This document shows, in pieces, positions 17,871 through 27,281 of a DNA stretch of 32,000 bases; the stretch's first letter is position 1; each line of letters opens with the position of its first letter. The translations under genes were made by a program, and so were the position numbers. The stretch comes from Raphidiopsis brookii D9 (GTDB lineage Bacteria > Cyanobacteriota > Cyanobacteriia > Cyanobacteriales > Nostocaceae). The DNA is taken from the NCBI GenBank assembly GCA_000175855.1, contig ACYB01000004.1, positions 111,801-143,800 of the forward strand, in the 5' to 3' direction. The notes under the pieces are model-generated. The model searched no databases. It saw nothing but the letters and a program-made list of their open reading frames with translations, and was not told the origin of the DNA.

Positions 17871-18529
17871 ATCCTTTCAAGTTTCATTAATAGGACTTTT
17901 TCGTGGGAATTATGGCTAGTGAGTATATTCGAAACAACTCTAAAGGGTAAATCAGTTTGCAGTTCATCAAGAAAGGTTTCAAAACCTTGAAACCCATCAA
18001 TTACTTGTTTCCCAATTTTCTGATCTTTAGGAAAATACTGCTTAATTGCTAATTTTCCACCGGGATTTAATGACCGCAAAACTTTTTGGAATACACCATT
18101 AATATCATCAAGAATATACCAAATTACCTCTGAAAGCAGAATTAGGTCAAAGCATGATTCTATTTCATCGTACATAATATTTTTGTTTTGAAATTTAATG
18201 GAAGGGTATTTCTGTGTAGCTTTTTGAATTGCTGTCAAAGACACATCGATACCTATCATCTCGATTAAATTCCCCCCCATACTGAGAATTGAAAATACCT
18301 GGTATGTAGCATCACCTGTCCCACAGCCAATGTCTAAAACTTTCTTAGGACTATTAAAGCTTATTTTATTAAAGTTTTCTATAAGCATTAGTCGGAAAAT
18401 TTGATTGTCAAGCGAGTTACAGTGAGCAGCACAACCCCAGGGATCATCAATGTCTTGATACATCTCTTCGAACTGATTATTGATCCAGTATTCCATTGGA
18501 TTTTGATACTTCATTGCATAGCTCTCCAC
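17867..18529 (-). CDS. Class I SAM-dependent methyltransferase
   Basis: KVLDIGCGTGDATYQVFSILSMGGNLIEMIGIDVS, LNPGGKLAIKQYFP. Confidence 0.85.
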   Translation of the reverse strand: MESYAMKYQNPMEYWINNQFEEMYQDIDDPWGCAAHCNSLDNQIFRLMLIENFNKISFNSPKKVLDIGCGTGDATYQVFSILSMGGNLIEMIGIDVSLTAIQKATQKYPSIKFQNKNIMYDEIESCFDLILLSEVIWYILDDINGVFQKVLRSLNPGGKLAIKQYFPKDQKIGKQVIDGFQGFETFLDELQTDLPFRVVSNILTSHNSHEKVLLMKLERI

Positions 18530-18578
18530 ATTGTACTAGTTGTTAATGGAAAATGTTACGGGAATCTAATTGCTATTT

Positions 18579-19706
18579 TTAGCAGGCTGCCAGTTCTGTT
18601 GCTAACTGATCGTAAAACTTAACATCTTTCTTTAAGAGGATAGGAATGGCTACATATTTGCTAAGAGCAGCCTGAGTGTTATAAGACCTACTAAGATTCG
18701 TGTTATCCAGAACATGGTTCCAGTAATAAGAACAGTGCCACTTCATTGAATCAGGAATATTTTTGGTTCCCAAGCCTCTTTTTTTGAGAATATTAATACA
18801 ATTTTCAATTCGTTCGGAAGATCCTGGTTGAAACATTAATGTATCGTAGGTTGGCACTGATTCCGGCTGTGATAGTCTTATGCTGAAGGATCGAGAGAGT
18901 CGGGAATAAATGGTTTCGTAGCGAAGCTTGTTTTGATTTAGCATAAAAGTAAGTTTGCTCAGCTGTACTTTACCTACGGCAGCTTGTAACTCTGTCATCC
19001 GATAGTTAAAACCTGGCATAATGGCATTATCTGATCCCCTTGGAACACCATCTAACAGTGCATGTCCGTGATCTGAGTAGCTAGAAACATATTTGTGATG
19101 TTCTACCTGACGAGTTAAAACACAGCCTCCTTCTCCAGTTGCAATCATCTTTCCGTGATCAAAGCTAAAAACACCTATATCACCTATTGTGCCAAGATAT
19201 TTACCTTTATAACTGGCCCCTACGGACTCGCAATTATCCTCAAGAACTGGAATGTTATGGCTATGTGCAATCTCTAAAATTTTGGAAACATCTCCACACA
19301 TACCCAACATGTGTACTGGAATGATAGCAGCTGTCTTGCTTGTGATCAAAGATGCGACAGAATCGGGGCAAATATGCAGATTATTATTAACATCTGCGAT
19401 TATTGGAACCGCGCCACAATCAGCAATAGCTTCTACAGTTGCAATAAAGTTGAAAGATTGGGTAATGACTTCGTCACCCGCAGAGACACCAAGTGCCTTT
19501 AAAGCACATTTGATTGCGGCCGTCCCACTAGAAACAGCATTTGTGTATGGAGAACCAAAATACTGCGATAGTAAATCTTCAAATTCTCTAACATGATATC
19601 GTTTACGTAATGAATCAAAACCATGAGCAAACAGGATACCGCCTTCCGAAAAGACCTCTTGTACTGCGTCAGACTCATGGTGATCGTATAGCTCAAATCC
19701 AGGCAT
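18579..19706 (-). CDS. DegT/DnrJ/EryC1/StrS-family aminotransferase
   Basis: AVSSGTAAIKCALKALGVSAGDEVITQSFNFIATVEAI, PVLEDNCESVGASYKGK, FSFDHGKMIATGEGG with the PLP lysine context retained. Confidence 0.9.
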   Translation of the reverse strand: MPGFELYDHHESDAVQEVFSEGGILFAHGFDSLRKRYHVREFEDLLSQYFGSPYTNAVSSGTAAIKCALKALGVSAGDEVITQSFNFIATVEAIADCGAVPIIADVNNNLHICPDSVASLITSKTAAIIPVHMLGMCGDVSKILEIAHSHNIPVLEDNCESVGASYKGKYLGTIGDIGVFSFDHGKMIATGEGGCVLTRQVEHHKYVSSYSDHGHALLDGVPRGSDNAIMPGFNYRMTELQAAVGKVQLSKLTFMLNQNKLRYETIYSRLSRSFSIRLSQPESVPTYDTLMFQPGSSERIENCINILKKRGLGTKNIPDSMKWHCSYYWNHVLDNTNLSRSYNTQAALSKYVAIPILLKKDVKFYDQLATELAAC

Positions 19707-19751
19707 AATTCTTTTCGACTTGCTTTACAAAAATTCTTTCTTTCGGTAGAA

Positions 19752-20510
19752 CTACAATGTGATGTTTAAATCTCGATTCAGCCGGATCATATTTTGATAC
19801 CACTCATGATGGCCCTCAGAAACCTTATCGGATAAAGAGTACAGAGAAAACCGTACAACCCAAGCTCGGGTCGCAGACAAGGGTGTCAATTCAGCATAAT
19901 GTCTGCTATAAGGATTATGTATACTACAATCGCCAGGGTAATAAACAAAGTCTCTGAGACAGGATTCAGTCCAATTGATGCTGGTTTTTATAGTCAGAGA
20001 AAAACCTGATGCATTAGATAGCTGATGTTCATACGACTGTCCATGTGGAGTGGAAATATACCTAAGACCACCTTCTGAAGGATATTGAGGATTGATGGGG
20101 ATATAAAATGTAAGTGCGCTTCCCCTTTCGAGTCCGTAATAGGCATTATCCTGATGCAATGGTATAATTTCAGATCCAGGGAATCTGCTATGTATTTCCA
20201 TGCTTCTTAGAAAGACTGACTCACCAAGTAAAAACTCAGCTGCACTGAATAGTTGAGAGGTAACAAATTTACCAAATAAATCAGTGTTTACGGCTAATGG
20301 ATATTCAAAATATTTAATAGCAGGCTTTGAATTAAAAGTGTTACACGAAAGCCCTCGTTTATCAGATTGATATTTTTTAATAATATCAAGTTCGTTAGCT
20401 TCTAACCACGTGTAGGCATCAGCACATAAGTTTTTGTTGGCAAAAGAAGGAATAAAAGTGACGGAGTCTTTTTTAATTTGGTTGAGGTGATTTTCCGTAA
20501 GTGTAGTCAT
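19752..20510 (-). CDS. Phytanoyl-CoA dioxygenase (PhyH)-like Fe(II)/2-oxoglutarate oxygenase
   Basis: HxD motif in IIPLHQDNAYYGLERGSALTFYIPI, distal His/Arg in GDCSIHNPYSRHYAELTP...TRAWVVRFSLY. Confidence 0.8.
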   Translation of the reverse strand: MTTLTENHLNQIKKDSVTFIPSFANKNLCADAYTWLEANELDIIKKYQSDKRGLSCNTFNSKPAIKYFEYPLAVNTDLFGKFVTSQLFSAAEFLLGESVFLRSMEIHSRFPGSEIIPLHQDNAYYGLERGSALTFYIPINPQYPSEGGLRYISTPHGQSYEHQLSNASGFSLTIKTSINWTESCLRDFVYYPGDCSIHNPYSRHYAELTPLSATRAWVVRFSLYSLSDKVSEGHHEWYQNMIRLNRDLNITL

Positions 20511-20586
20511 AGCGATGTGAAGTTTTGAGGTAATGTGATTAAAGTCTGCAATCTTGCACTAGTTGTACATATTAAGTAATAGGATC

Positions 20587-21669
20587 TTAAAAGGATCTTA
20601 ACTCTTCATTAGCTCTTTCCAAATCGCTCATTCTGCCAATATCTAACCAATATTCCCGCAAGGGATAAGCAGCAGTTGTACGGGTATCTACTACAAGTTG
20701 CTGAAACAGACTTGGCATGTCAAAGAAGGTTCCACTAGGTACATAATCCAACACACCTGGAGATAGAGCATAAATACCAGAGTTAACAAAAAAATGCTGT
20801 ACAGGCTTCTCTTCTATAGACTTAATCTTTGTTCCATCCACACGCACAACACCATAAGGAACTTGCAAATCGTACTCACGAACCGCCATAGTCGCTAAAA
20901 CACCTTGGAGTTCATGAAACTGGAGCAAATTATCGAAACGTGTACGGGTCAAAATGTCTCCATTCATCACAATTATGGGTAAATTGGGCTTCTTCGGTAA
21001 AAGGGATAAGGCTCCAGCAGTTCCTAAACGTTCTTTTTCGCGTAAGTAGGATATTTCCACACCCCATTGATCGCCATTTTTAAAATAGTCTTCTATCATC
21101 TCAGCTTTGTAGTTAACAGAGAGAAATATCTGTTTAAACCCCTGTTCAGCAAAGTTCTCAATGATAATTTCTAAAATCGGTTTACCCCCAACTGTCAGTA
21201 GCGGTTTAGGACGGTCTTTTGTCAAAGGATATAATCTGGTTCCTAAACCTCCCGCCATGATCACCACCCAATTGGGTCGCTCTAATATACCAATTAAATC
21301 ATCTAGGGTTGCTAAATCCACTACTTGATGTTCTGCATTAACTAGCGGTAAGTGATGGATCACCTTACGGCGCATTAGTGCCAACATTTCACTACGGGGC
21401 ACTGATTCTAGAACAGTAGTAGGTTGGGAATTCATGACCTCACAAACGGGAACATCTAGGTCTTTTCCTGACAAGATGAAACGACGAATGTCACCGTCGG
21501 TAACAAGACCCCCTAATGTATTATCAGGATTTAAAACCAGTGCAACCTGGAGAGCAGACTTATCTATCTTGGCGATCGCCTCTCTTAGGGGAGTTTCTCG
21601 AAAAACAACAACATCTTGCCATTTTGTTTTAGCCATGATTAACTCCAGTCTTGACTGCAGGATTACCAA
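20587..21669 (-). CDS. ptmE: Nucleotidyltransferase with N-terminal CBS-domain pair (PtmE-like, putative glucosamine-1-phosphate guanylyltransferase)
   Basis: CBS-like LVTDGDIRRFILSGKDLDVPVCEVMN then WVVIMAGGLGTRLYPLTKDRPKPLLTVGGKPILEIIIENF. The CBS + NTP-transferase layout matches C. jejuni PtmE by recall. Confidence 0.8.
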   Translation of the reverse strand: MVILQSRLELIMAKTKWQDVVVFRETPLREAIAKIDKSALQVALVLNPDNTLGGLVTDGDIRRFILSGKDLDVPVCEVMNSQPTTVLESVPRSEMLALMRRKVIHHLPLVNAEHQVVDLATLDDLIGILERPNWVVIMAGGLGTRLYPLTKDRPKPLLTVGGKPILEIIIENFAEQGFKQIFLSVNYKAEMIEDYFKNGDQWGVEISYLREKERLGTAGALSLLPKKPNLPIIVMNGDILTRTRFDNLLQFHELQGVLATMAVREYDLQVPYGVVRVDGTKIKSIEEKPVQHFFVNSGIYALSPGVLDYVPSGTFFDMPSLFQQLVVDTRTTAAYPLREYWLDIGRMSDLERANEELRSF

Positions 21670-22270
21670 CTACAATACAACCATCAGGTATGGATTTCGT
21701 TACTATAGATCCCGCTCCAACAATAGTGTTTTCACCAATAGAAACACCAGGAAGCACCACCGCACCTGCACCGATAAAAGCACTGTTAGAAATTCTGATA
21801 TCACCACAAAGGGTTACCCCTGGTCCAATAAAAGCATGGGATCCAATTAAACAGTCATGATCAACCTTACATCCAGTGTTAATAACCACATTTTCCCCTA
21901 AAATAACCCCCGGTTGTAAAATCCCACCTGCCATGATTTGGCAACCTTCGCCCAGTTTCGCCGCACTACTGATGATAGCTGACGGGTGTTGTACACGGTT
22001 AAAGGTGAAAAACCGAGATTTCATAATTTCAAATATCTTTTGTCGTCTAAATATGTAGGGATTAGCGCCCAATCCATTTACTAAAGAAATTTCGGTGGTG
22101 GGTAAATTGTTTAAATATTCATCACCTCCTAAAACGGGAACTCCCAGGACTGCTGTAGTTTGGGGTTGAGGATCTAAAACTCCCATAACTTCAACACCGT
22201 TCGCAAGGAGTATGTCTAAGACAACTTTTCCATGACCTCCTGCACCTAGAATATATATCGGTTTAGTCAT
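21629..22270 (-). CDS. NeuD/LegH-like sugar O/N-acetyltransferase (left-handed beta-helix hexapeptide repeats)
   Basis: PIYILGAGGHGKVVLDILLANGVEVMGVLD plus repeated LGEGCQIMAGGILQPGVILGENVVINTG hexapeptides. Confidence 0.85.
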   Translation of the reverse strand: MTKPIYILGAGGHGKVVLDILLANGVEVMGVLDPQPQTTAVLGVPVLGGDEYLNNLPTTEISLVNGLGANPYIFRRQKIFEIMKSRFFTFNRVQHPSAIISSAAKLGEGCQIMAGGILQPGVILGENVVINTGCKVDHDCLIGSHAFIGPGVTLCGDIRISNSAFIGAGAVVLPGVSIGENTIVGAGSIVTKSIPDGCIVVGNPAVKTGVNHG

Positions 22271-23405
22271 TTAAAACTTCGTCAACACTATAGTCCTCTA
22301 TAGCGATTTTGTTTAGCATTTGCCAGTAATGAAAGGGCGATACACCTGTACCAGGTCGCTTACAAGTCAGGTTCTCATCTGTAAAGACCTCACCCTGGAC
22401 AATTGCCCTAGCTGCTACCAAACTTTTGCGGGCAACCTCTCTATTTTTCCACTCTGAGGGTGTGGGTCGTTTAATCCCATCTCCTAATGCTTGCTCAATC
22501 TCGCGAGTTTGTTGTACTAGCTGATTTAATTCCTGGGGTTCCAAGGATGCTTGATGGTCCGGACCAGGAAGATTACGACTAGTGGTAAAATGTTTCTCAA
22601 TGATTCTCGCCCCCCGTGCCACAGCAGCCAGGGAAATATGAATCCCTGGGGTGTGGTCGGAATAACCTACTGGTAAATTAAATGCTCCACACAGTGTATC
22701 TATACTCCGTAAATTTACTTCGCCAAATGGGGCAGGATATTCAGTGGTACAGTGTAAGAGGGCAACTCTGTGTTGTAACTGTTTTTGTCCTGCTGCTGAA
22801 GCAAAAGCCTGTTCAAAGTCTATTAATTTAGGTGTTATTGTCGGTGCAGTTGTGAAACCAAAAGCTAACACGCCCAAAGCTGCTTCTACTTCTGCTAAAG
22901 TACTCATACCAGTAGATAGAATAATATTTTGAGCGCTACGAGCGATCGCCAACAGAAAGGGGGCGTTAGTAATTTCACCGGATGGGATTTTTATAGTTTT
23001 TAAGCCAAGATCCTGGGTGAGGAGGTGCAAACTGGGAATATCAAAGGGAGTAGATAGAAAGGAAATTCCTCGTGTTTGGGCATGGTTAATTAACACTTCA
23101 TGGTCAGACCTACTCAATTCCAGCTTCCGGATCATGTCTAATTGACTTTCTGTGCGATCCGTCGTTTGAGTTTGATACTGGGCTTTAGGAGCATGACGAC
23201 TTACTACTCTTTCCGCTTGGAAGGTTTGGAATTTAACTGCGTCCGCTCCTGCGTCAGCAGCAATATCAATTAGCTTTTGAGCTAATTTAATGTCACCGTT
23301 GTGATTAACTCCCGCTTCGGCGATGATAAATACAGGGATCTTTTGGGTACTCATGTAGTTATTGAATTGGAAAGTATTTTCCCCAAAATATACTATTTCC
23401 GTCAC
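22263..23405 (-). CDS. legI: NeuB-family nonulosonic acid synthase (legionaminic acid synthase-like, C-terminal SAF domain)
   Basis: VFIIAEAGVNHNGDIKLAQKLIDIAADAGADAVKFQTF, TPFDIPSLHLL, KIPSGEITNAPFLLAIA, SAF-like KSLVAARAIVQGEVFTDENLTCKRPGTGV. Confidence 0.9.
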   Translation of the reverse strand: MTEIVYFGENTFQFNNYMSTQKIPVFIIAEAGVNHNGDIKLAQKLIDIAADAGADAVKFQTFQAERVVSRHAPKAQYQTQTTDRTESQLDMIRKLELSRSDHEVLINHAQTRGISFLSTPFDIPSLHLLTQDLGLKTIKIPSGEITNAPFLLAIARSAQNIILSTGMSTLAEVEAALGVLAFGFTTAPTITPKLIDFEQAFASAAGQKQLQHRVALLHCTTEYPAPFGEVNLRSIDTLCGAFNLPVGYSDHTPGIHISLAAVARGARIIEKHFTTSRNLPGPDHQASLEPQELNQLVQQTREIEQALGDGIKRPTPSEWKNREVARKSLVAARAIVQGEVFTDENLTCKRPGTGVSPFHYWQMLNKIAIEDYSVDEVLND

Positions 23406-24562
23406 AAAGCATGACCAATGTCAAAGAAAGATTTTCGGGTTTGTAGTGTCACATCTTTCAGTGTTTCCTTAATTTTGTGACTTACATTTCCCGATCCATA
23501 CCATGATTTTACTGACGGTAATAGGGATTGAAATTCAGGACATAAGGCTTTGTGAATACCAGCAATAATACTAGTACTCACTTCTAATACATCAATTACA
23601 GATGAGGCTTTTAATCTACCTTTTTGGCGATCGCCAATGTTGACAGTTGGTTTTTTGAGGGCGGGAGCTTCTGTAATTCCACTGGAGGTATTACCCACAA
23701 TGACGTCTACCTCACGCATCAGGCTCAAATAGCGTTGCTGACCAAGGGAAACAAAGGCCTTGGCTCGATGTTTGTTGTTCTCCACCCACCGATCAATCTG
23801 ATCAATTAAAATCCTCCCCCCTGTATCAGCATTGGGATAGGTTAAAATCACTGTTGCTTGAGAAAAAGCATCAAGTGCAGTCAATAACTCTTGCATGGCA
23901 ATAGCTGGTGACTGTTGATCCAGGGTAACAGGATGATAGGTAACCAGAAAAATGGGGTACAGTAACTTTATTCCTAATGACTGTTCCAACATTGGGCGAT
24001 CGCACCATTGCAAATAGTCTAAATGATCTAATCCCGGCGCACCTAGGTTAAAAACTCTTTCTGGGGATTCTCCTAATTGGATAACACGCTGACGGTAGGG
24101 TTCAGCAGCTACAAAATGCCATTGAGAGAATTTGGTAATAGCATGGCGAATCTGCTCATCGAAAGCACCTTCAGTTGTTTCCCCCCCATGTATGTGGGCC
24201 ATAGGAATCCGGGCTATCATTGCTGCTTGAGCTGCTGCCAGAACTTCAAAGCGATCGCCTAACACGACCAAAATATCAGGCTTCAGCCGATCTAAAGAAT
24301 CAGCAAAACCAATTACTCCTAAACCAATGGATTTTGCTATACCTACAGGTGTATCAGATGATAACAACATTTCTACCTTAGCATCAATGGTAAAACCATC
24401 CGCCTCAATTTGCTGGTAGGTTAGACCAAATTCAGGAGAGAGATGCATTCCTGTCGCAATGATTTGCAATTGCAAGTCGGGATCATCACCAATCTCCTTC
24501 ATTAACCAGTAGAGTAAACCATATTCAGCCCTGGTTCCTGTAACAATACAAATCTTACGCAT
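23402..24562 (-). CDS. legG: UDP/GDP-N-acetylglucosamine 2-epimerase, hydrolysing (NeuC/LegG-like)
   Basis: Track ORF extends to 24607; the likely start is internal MRKICIVTGTRAEYGLLYWLM. DILVVLGDRFEVLAAAQAAMIARIPMAHIHGGETTEGAFDE, GNTSSGITEAPALKKPTVNIGDRQKGR. Confidence 0.9.
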   Translation of the reverse strand: MRKICIVTGTRAEYGLLYWLMKEIGDDPDLQLQIIATGMHLSPEFGLTYQQIEADGFTIDAKVEMLLSSDTPVGIAKSIGLGVIGFADSLDRLKPDILVVLGDRFEVLAAAQAAMIARIPMAHIHGGETTEGAFDEQIRHAITKFSQWHFVAAEPYRQRVIQLGESPERVFNLGAPGLDHLDYLQWCDRPMLEQSLGIKLLYPIFLVTYHPVTLDQQSPAIAMQELLTALDAFSQATVILTYPNADTGGRILIDQIDRWVENNKHRAKAFVSLGQQRYLSLMREVDVIVGNTSSGITEAPALKKPTVNIGDRQKGRLKASSVIDVLEVSTSIIAGIHKALCPEFQSLLPSVKSWYGSGNVSHKIKETLKDVTLQTRKSFFDIGHAL

Positions 24563-25742
24563 TGAGTTTATAGCAATCACGTACAAGCATGGCACTACTT
24601 GGTACATTGATCAAACTTGCTTCTAACTGCTCAGCTACAGGCAACGGAGACCGAGGACAATCAGTATACATGGGCAACTTGTTCAACAATGTCCAAGTAG
24701 GACGACATTGATAACCAGCATTATTGGCCACCGCCAAAACTAAATCCCGCAATTGTGAACTTGGCTCCTTCAACCTCAAGGTATTCAACCAATAATTACT
24801 TTGACTATTGGCGGGTTCAGCCACAAATTCAACACCACTAATCTCCTCAAATACTTCTTGATACCTGTGTGCTAAACACCTCTTGAGGCGCAAAAACTCA
24901 GGTAAGCACTCCATTTGTGCGCATCCCAGGGAGGCATTTAAATTTGGTAACCGATAATTCCAAGCCACTTCATCATGAAAAAACTCCCACCGGTGAGGCT
25001 TTTTAGCCGTAGTTGTTAAATGCTTAGCTTGTCGGGCCAATTTTTCATCATTAGTTAAAATTGCACCTCCTCCCCCGGTCGTAATTACTTTGTTCCCATT
25101 AAAACTTAAAGTCCCTAATACTCCAAAAGTACCCGTATGTTCTCCTTTATAAGTACTACCTAACGACTCTGCTGCATCTTCTACCAAGGGTAAATTATAG
25201 GCATTAGCTAAATCCAGAAGTGACGACATATCCACGGGATGTCCGTAGGTATGCATTGGCACAATAGCTGCAATTCTCCTCCCCGTCAATCGGTTAATTA
25301 ACTTCCCATCTTTAGGTTGGGAGCACTGCTCCAGATAGTTAGCAAGACGAGTAACATCTAATCCCAATGTTGACCATTCACTATCAACAAAGTGGGGAAT
25401 CCCACCACAATGAACCACTGCATTAGCAGTAGCTACAAAAGATAGAGCTGGGATTAACACCTCATCACCCGCTCTTACTCCTGCTAATAATAGTGAGATC
25501 TGTAAAGCAGCAGTCCCGTTGACTACTGCTACTGCATACTTTGCTCCCGTATATTCAGCTAGTAGAAACTCGAAGTGATCAACATACTTACCAACAGAGG
25601 AAACAAAAGTAGAGTCTAGGCAATCTTTCACTAACTTCCACTCATTACCGCCAAACTCTGGCTCATGAAGTGGAGTAAATCCCCTTTTATCGCCCAAAAC
25701 TTCCTTTAGCCCTCTGAGAAAATCCTGCTCTAAACTAGTCAC
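24555..25742 (-). CDS. legC: LegC-family PLP-dependent aminotransferase
   Basis: FTPLHEPEFGGNEWKLVKDCLDSTFVSSVGKYVDHFE, VVNGTAALQISLLLAGV, PLVEDAAESLGSTYKGEHTGTFG, LSFNGNKVITTGGGG. Confidence 0.9.
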   Translation of the reverse strand: MTSLEQDFLRGLKEVLGDKRGFTPLHEPEFGGNEWKLVKDCLDSTFVSSVGKYVDHFEFLLAEYTGAKYAVAVVNGTAALQISLLLAGVRAGDEVLIPALSFVATANAVVHCGGIPHFVDSEWSTLGLDVTRLANYLEQCSQPKDGKLINRLTGRRIAAIVPMHTYGHPVDMSSLLDLANAYNLPLVEDAAESLGSTYKGEHTGTFGVLGTLSFNGNKVITTGGGGAILTNDEKLARQAKHLTTTAKKPHRWEFFHDEVAWNYRLPNLNASLGCAQMECLPEFLRLKRCLAHRYQEVFEEISGVEFVAEPANSQSNYWLNTLRLKEPSSQLRDLVLAVANNAGYQCRPTWTLLNKLPMYTDCPRSPLPVAEQLEASLINVPSSAMLVRDCYKLNA

Positions 25743-25768
25743 TACTGGAATACCTATATATTTAATTA

Positions 25769-26767
25769 TTATATATTATACTTATCACTCTTATACATTT
25801 CCAGATTAGTAGAATTAGTAAACCAGGCAGCTGTTTCTATCAAACCTTGTTTAAACCCTTCCCTTCCAGCATATAGTGGCTCCCAGTTTATAACTCGTTT
25901 AGCCTTACTGTTGTCTGCCCATAACCTATTAACTTCACTTTTTTCTGGACGTAAGCGAACATCATCAGTTACTATTTCCACCTCAACGCCCATAGATTCA
26001 GCAATCAATTCCACCGTGTCACCAATAGAAATTTCAAAGTTACTCCCGATATTAATTACCTCCCCCACAGAACTTTGGGATTTTGCAATGGCAATAAAGC
26101 CTCGTACCGTGTCCTTAATGTAATTAAAATCTCTAGTGGGATGAAGAGATCCTAACTTTATTTGACGTTTTCCGCTAGCGATTTGGGTAATTACCGTAGG
26201 AATTACCGCCCTAGCAGACTGCCTAGGTCCGTAGGTATTAAAAGGACGAATAATAGCAACAGGTGTACCAAAAGAGTAGTAAAAAGACATAGCCATTTGG
26301 TCAGCGCCAATCTTAGTAGCTGAATAAGGGGATTGACCTTGTAAAGGATGCTCCTCGGTAATCGGCACAAATTTTGCTGTTCCATATACCTCACTAGTAG
26401 AAGTATGAACTACCTTTTCCACTCCCACAGACCTGGCCGCCTGTAGAACATTTAAAGTTCCCGTAATATTTGTCTCCACATAAGTTGCGGGAGAATGGTA
26501 GGAATAGGGAATAGCAATTAAAGCTGCCAAATGTAGGACAACATCACACCCATTCATAGCGGATTTAACATTATATGGATCGCGAATATCACCGGAGAAG
26601 ATCTCCAAATTGTCAATGACCTCTCTTGGGGAATGATCCAACCAACCCCAGGAATTAAAAGAGTTGTAAAGAACAAAGGCCCGAACTTGATAACCTTCCC
26701 TAACTAGGGCTTCTGTAAGATGGGATCCAATAAAGCCATCTGCACCCGTGACGAGTATTTTTTTCAT
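25769..26767 (-). CDS. legB: LegB-like NAD-dependent 4,6-dehydratase
   Basis: KKILVTGADGFIGSHLTEALVREGYQVRAFVLYNSFNSWGWLD, SYHSPATYVETNITGTLNVLQAAR, YSATKIGADQMAMSFY, PRQSARAVIPTVITQIASG. Confidence 0.9.
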   Translation of the reverse strand: MKKILVTGADGFIGSHLTEALVREGYQVRAFVLYNSFNSWGWLDHSPREVIDNLEIFSGDIRDPYNVKSAMNGCDVVLHLAALIAIPYSYHSPATYVETNITGTLNVLQAARSVGVEKVVHTSTSEVYGTAKFVPITEEHPLQGQSPYSATKIGADQMAMSFYYSFGTPVAIIRPFNTYGPRQSARAVIPTVITQIASGKRQIKLGSLHPTRDFNYIKDTVRGFIAIAKSQSSVGEVINIGSNFEISIGDTVELIAESMGVEVEIVTDDVRLRPEKSEVNRLWADNSKAKRVINWEPLYAGREGFKQGLIETAAWFTNSTNLEMYKSDKYNI

Positions 26768-26865
26768 GAGTCAGTAAAGTGTTTTGGCATGTGTCAAGGT
26801 GCGGTTTAGTTTTTACAGGGTATATGGTTTTAATTAAGCACTTTGGGAAGTTTAGAAAAGAGAAG

Positions 26866-27145
26866 GGCGATCGCGTAGGTTTAGATTAAGAATATAAGTA
26901 GTTTTAGATAAAAATGTAAATAGACACAGTTATCCCCTGCACGGCTCAACTACTGAGTAGCGAGTTGCGGGGAAGCAACTGAGATCCACTAGACCATCAA
27001 AGCTCAACTTCTGAATCTAAAAGCAGGTTAGTATTTAGTTTTTGGACTTGAGTGATTATATTGTGCAATTGCACACCCTGACAAATAACACAAAACTTAG
27101 CAAAATGCAACACCTAATGCTAAAAATATTTTTAGTGCTATCTTT
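26866..27145 (-). repeat. Dispersed noncoding element, copy 2 of 3
   Basis: GTTTTAGATAAAAATGTAAATAGACACAGTTATCCCCTGCACGGCTCAACTACTGAGTAGCGAGTTGCGGGGAAGCAACTGAGATCCACTAGACCATCAAAGCTCAACTTCTGAATCT, with a weaker distal match ATGCAACACCTAATGC near 27105..27120. Confidence 0.9.
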
Positions 27146-27201
27146 GTTGTTTGAATCCACCCACACCTGGAGACTATCCATGCAAACCCACACAATGGGG
27201 T

Positions 27202-27267
27202 TCAATAATAAATTAGGGTGATCGCCTTCCACCGGGGGGCAAATGCGGAAGAGGTATCTATGACCAT
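27202..27267 (-). pseudogene. PIN-domain (VapC/FitB-like) toxin remnant: about 10 N-terminal codons only
   Basis: Reverse complement of 27238..27267 encodes [10 protein letters not shown], resembling the conserved PIN start MVIDTSAL. It then runs into repeat sequence and stops (full [24 protein letters not shown]). Confidence 0.6.
27211..27267. repeat. 57-bp duplicated segment (copy A, left block)
   Basis: AATTAGGGTGATCGCCTTCCACCGGGGGGCAAATGCGGAAGAGGTATCTATGACCAT; 56/57 identical to 28659..28715. Confidence 0.95.
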
Positions 27268-27281
27268 TGTCAAACTTCCCT

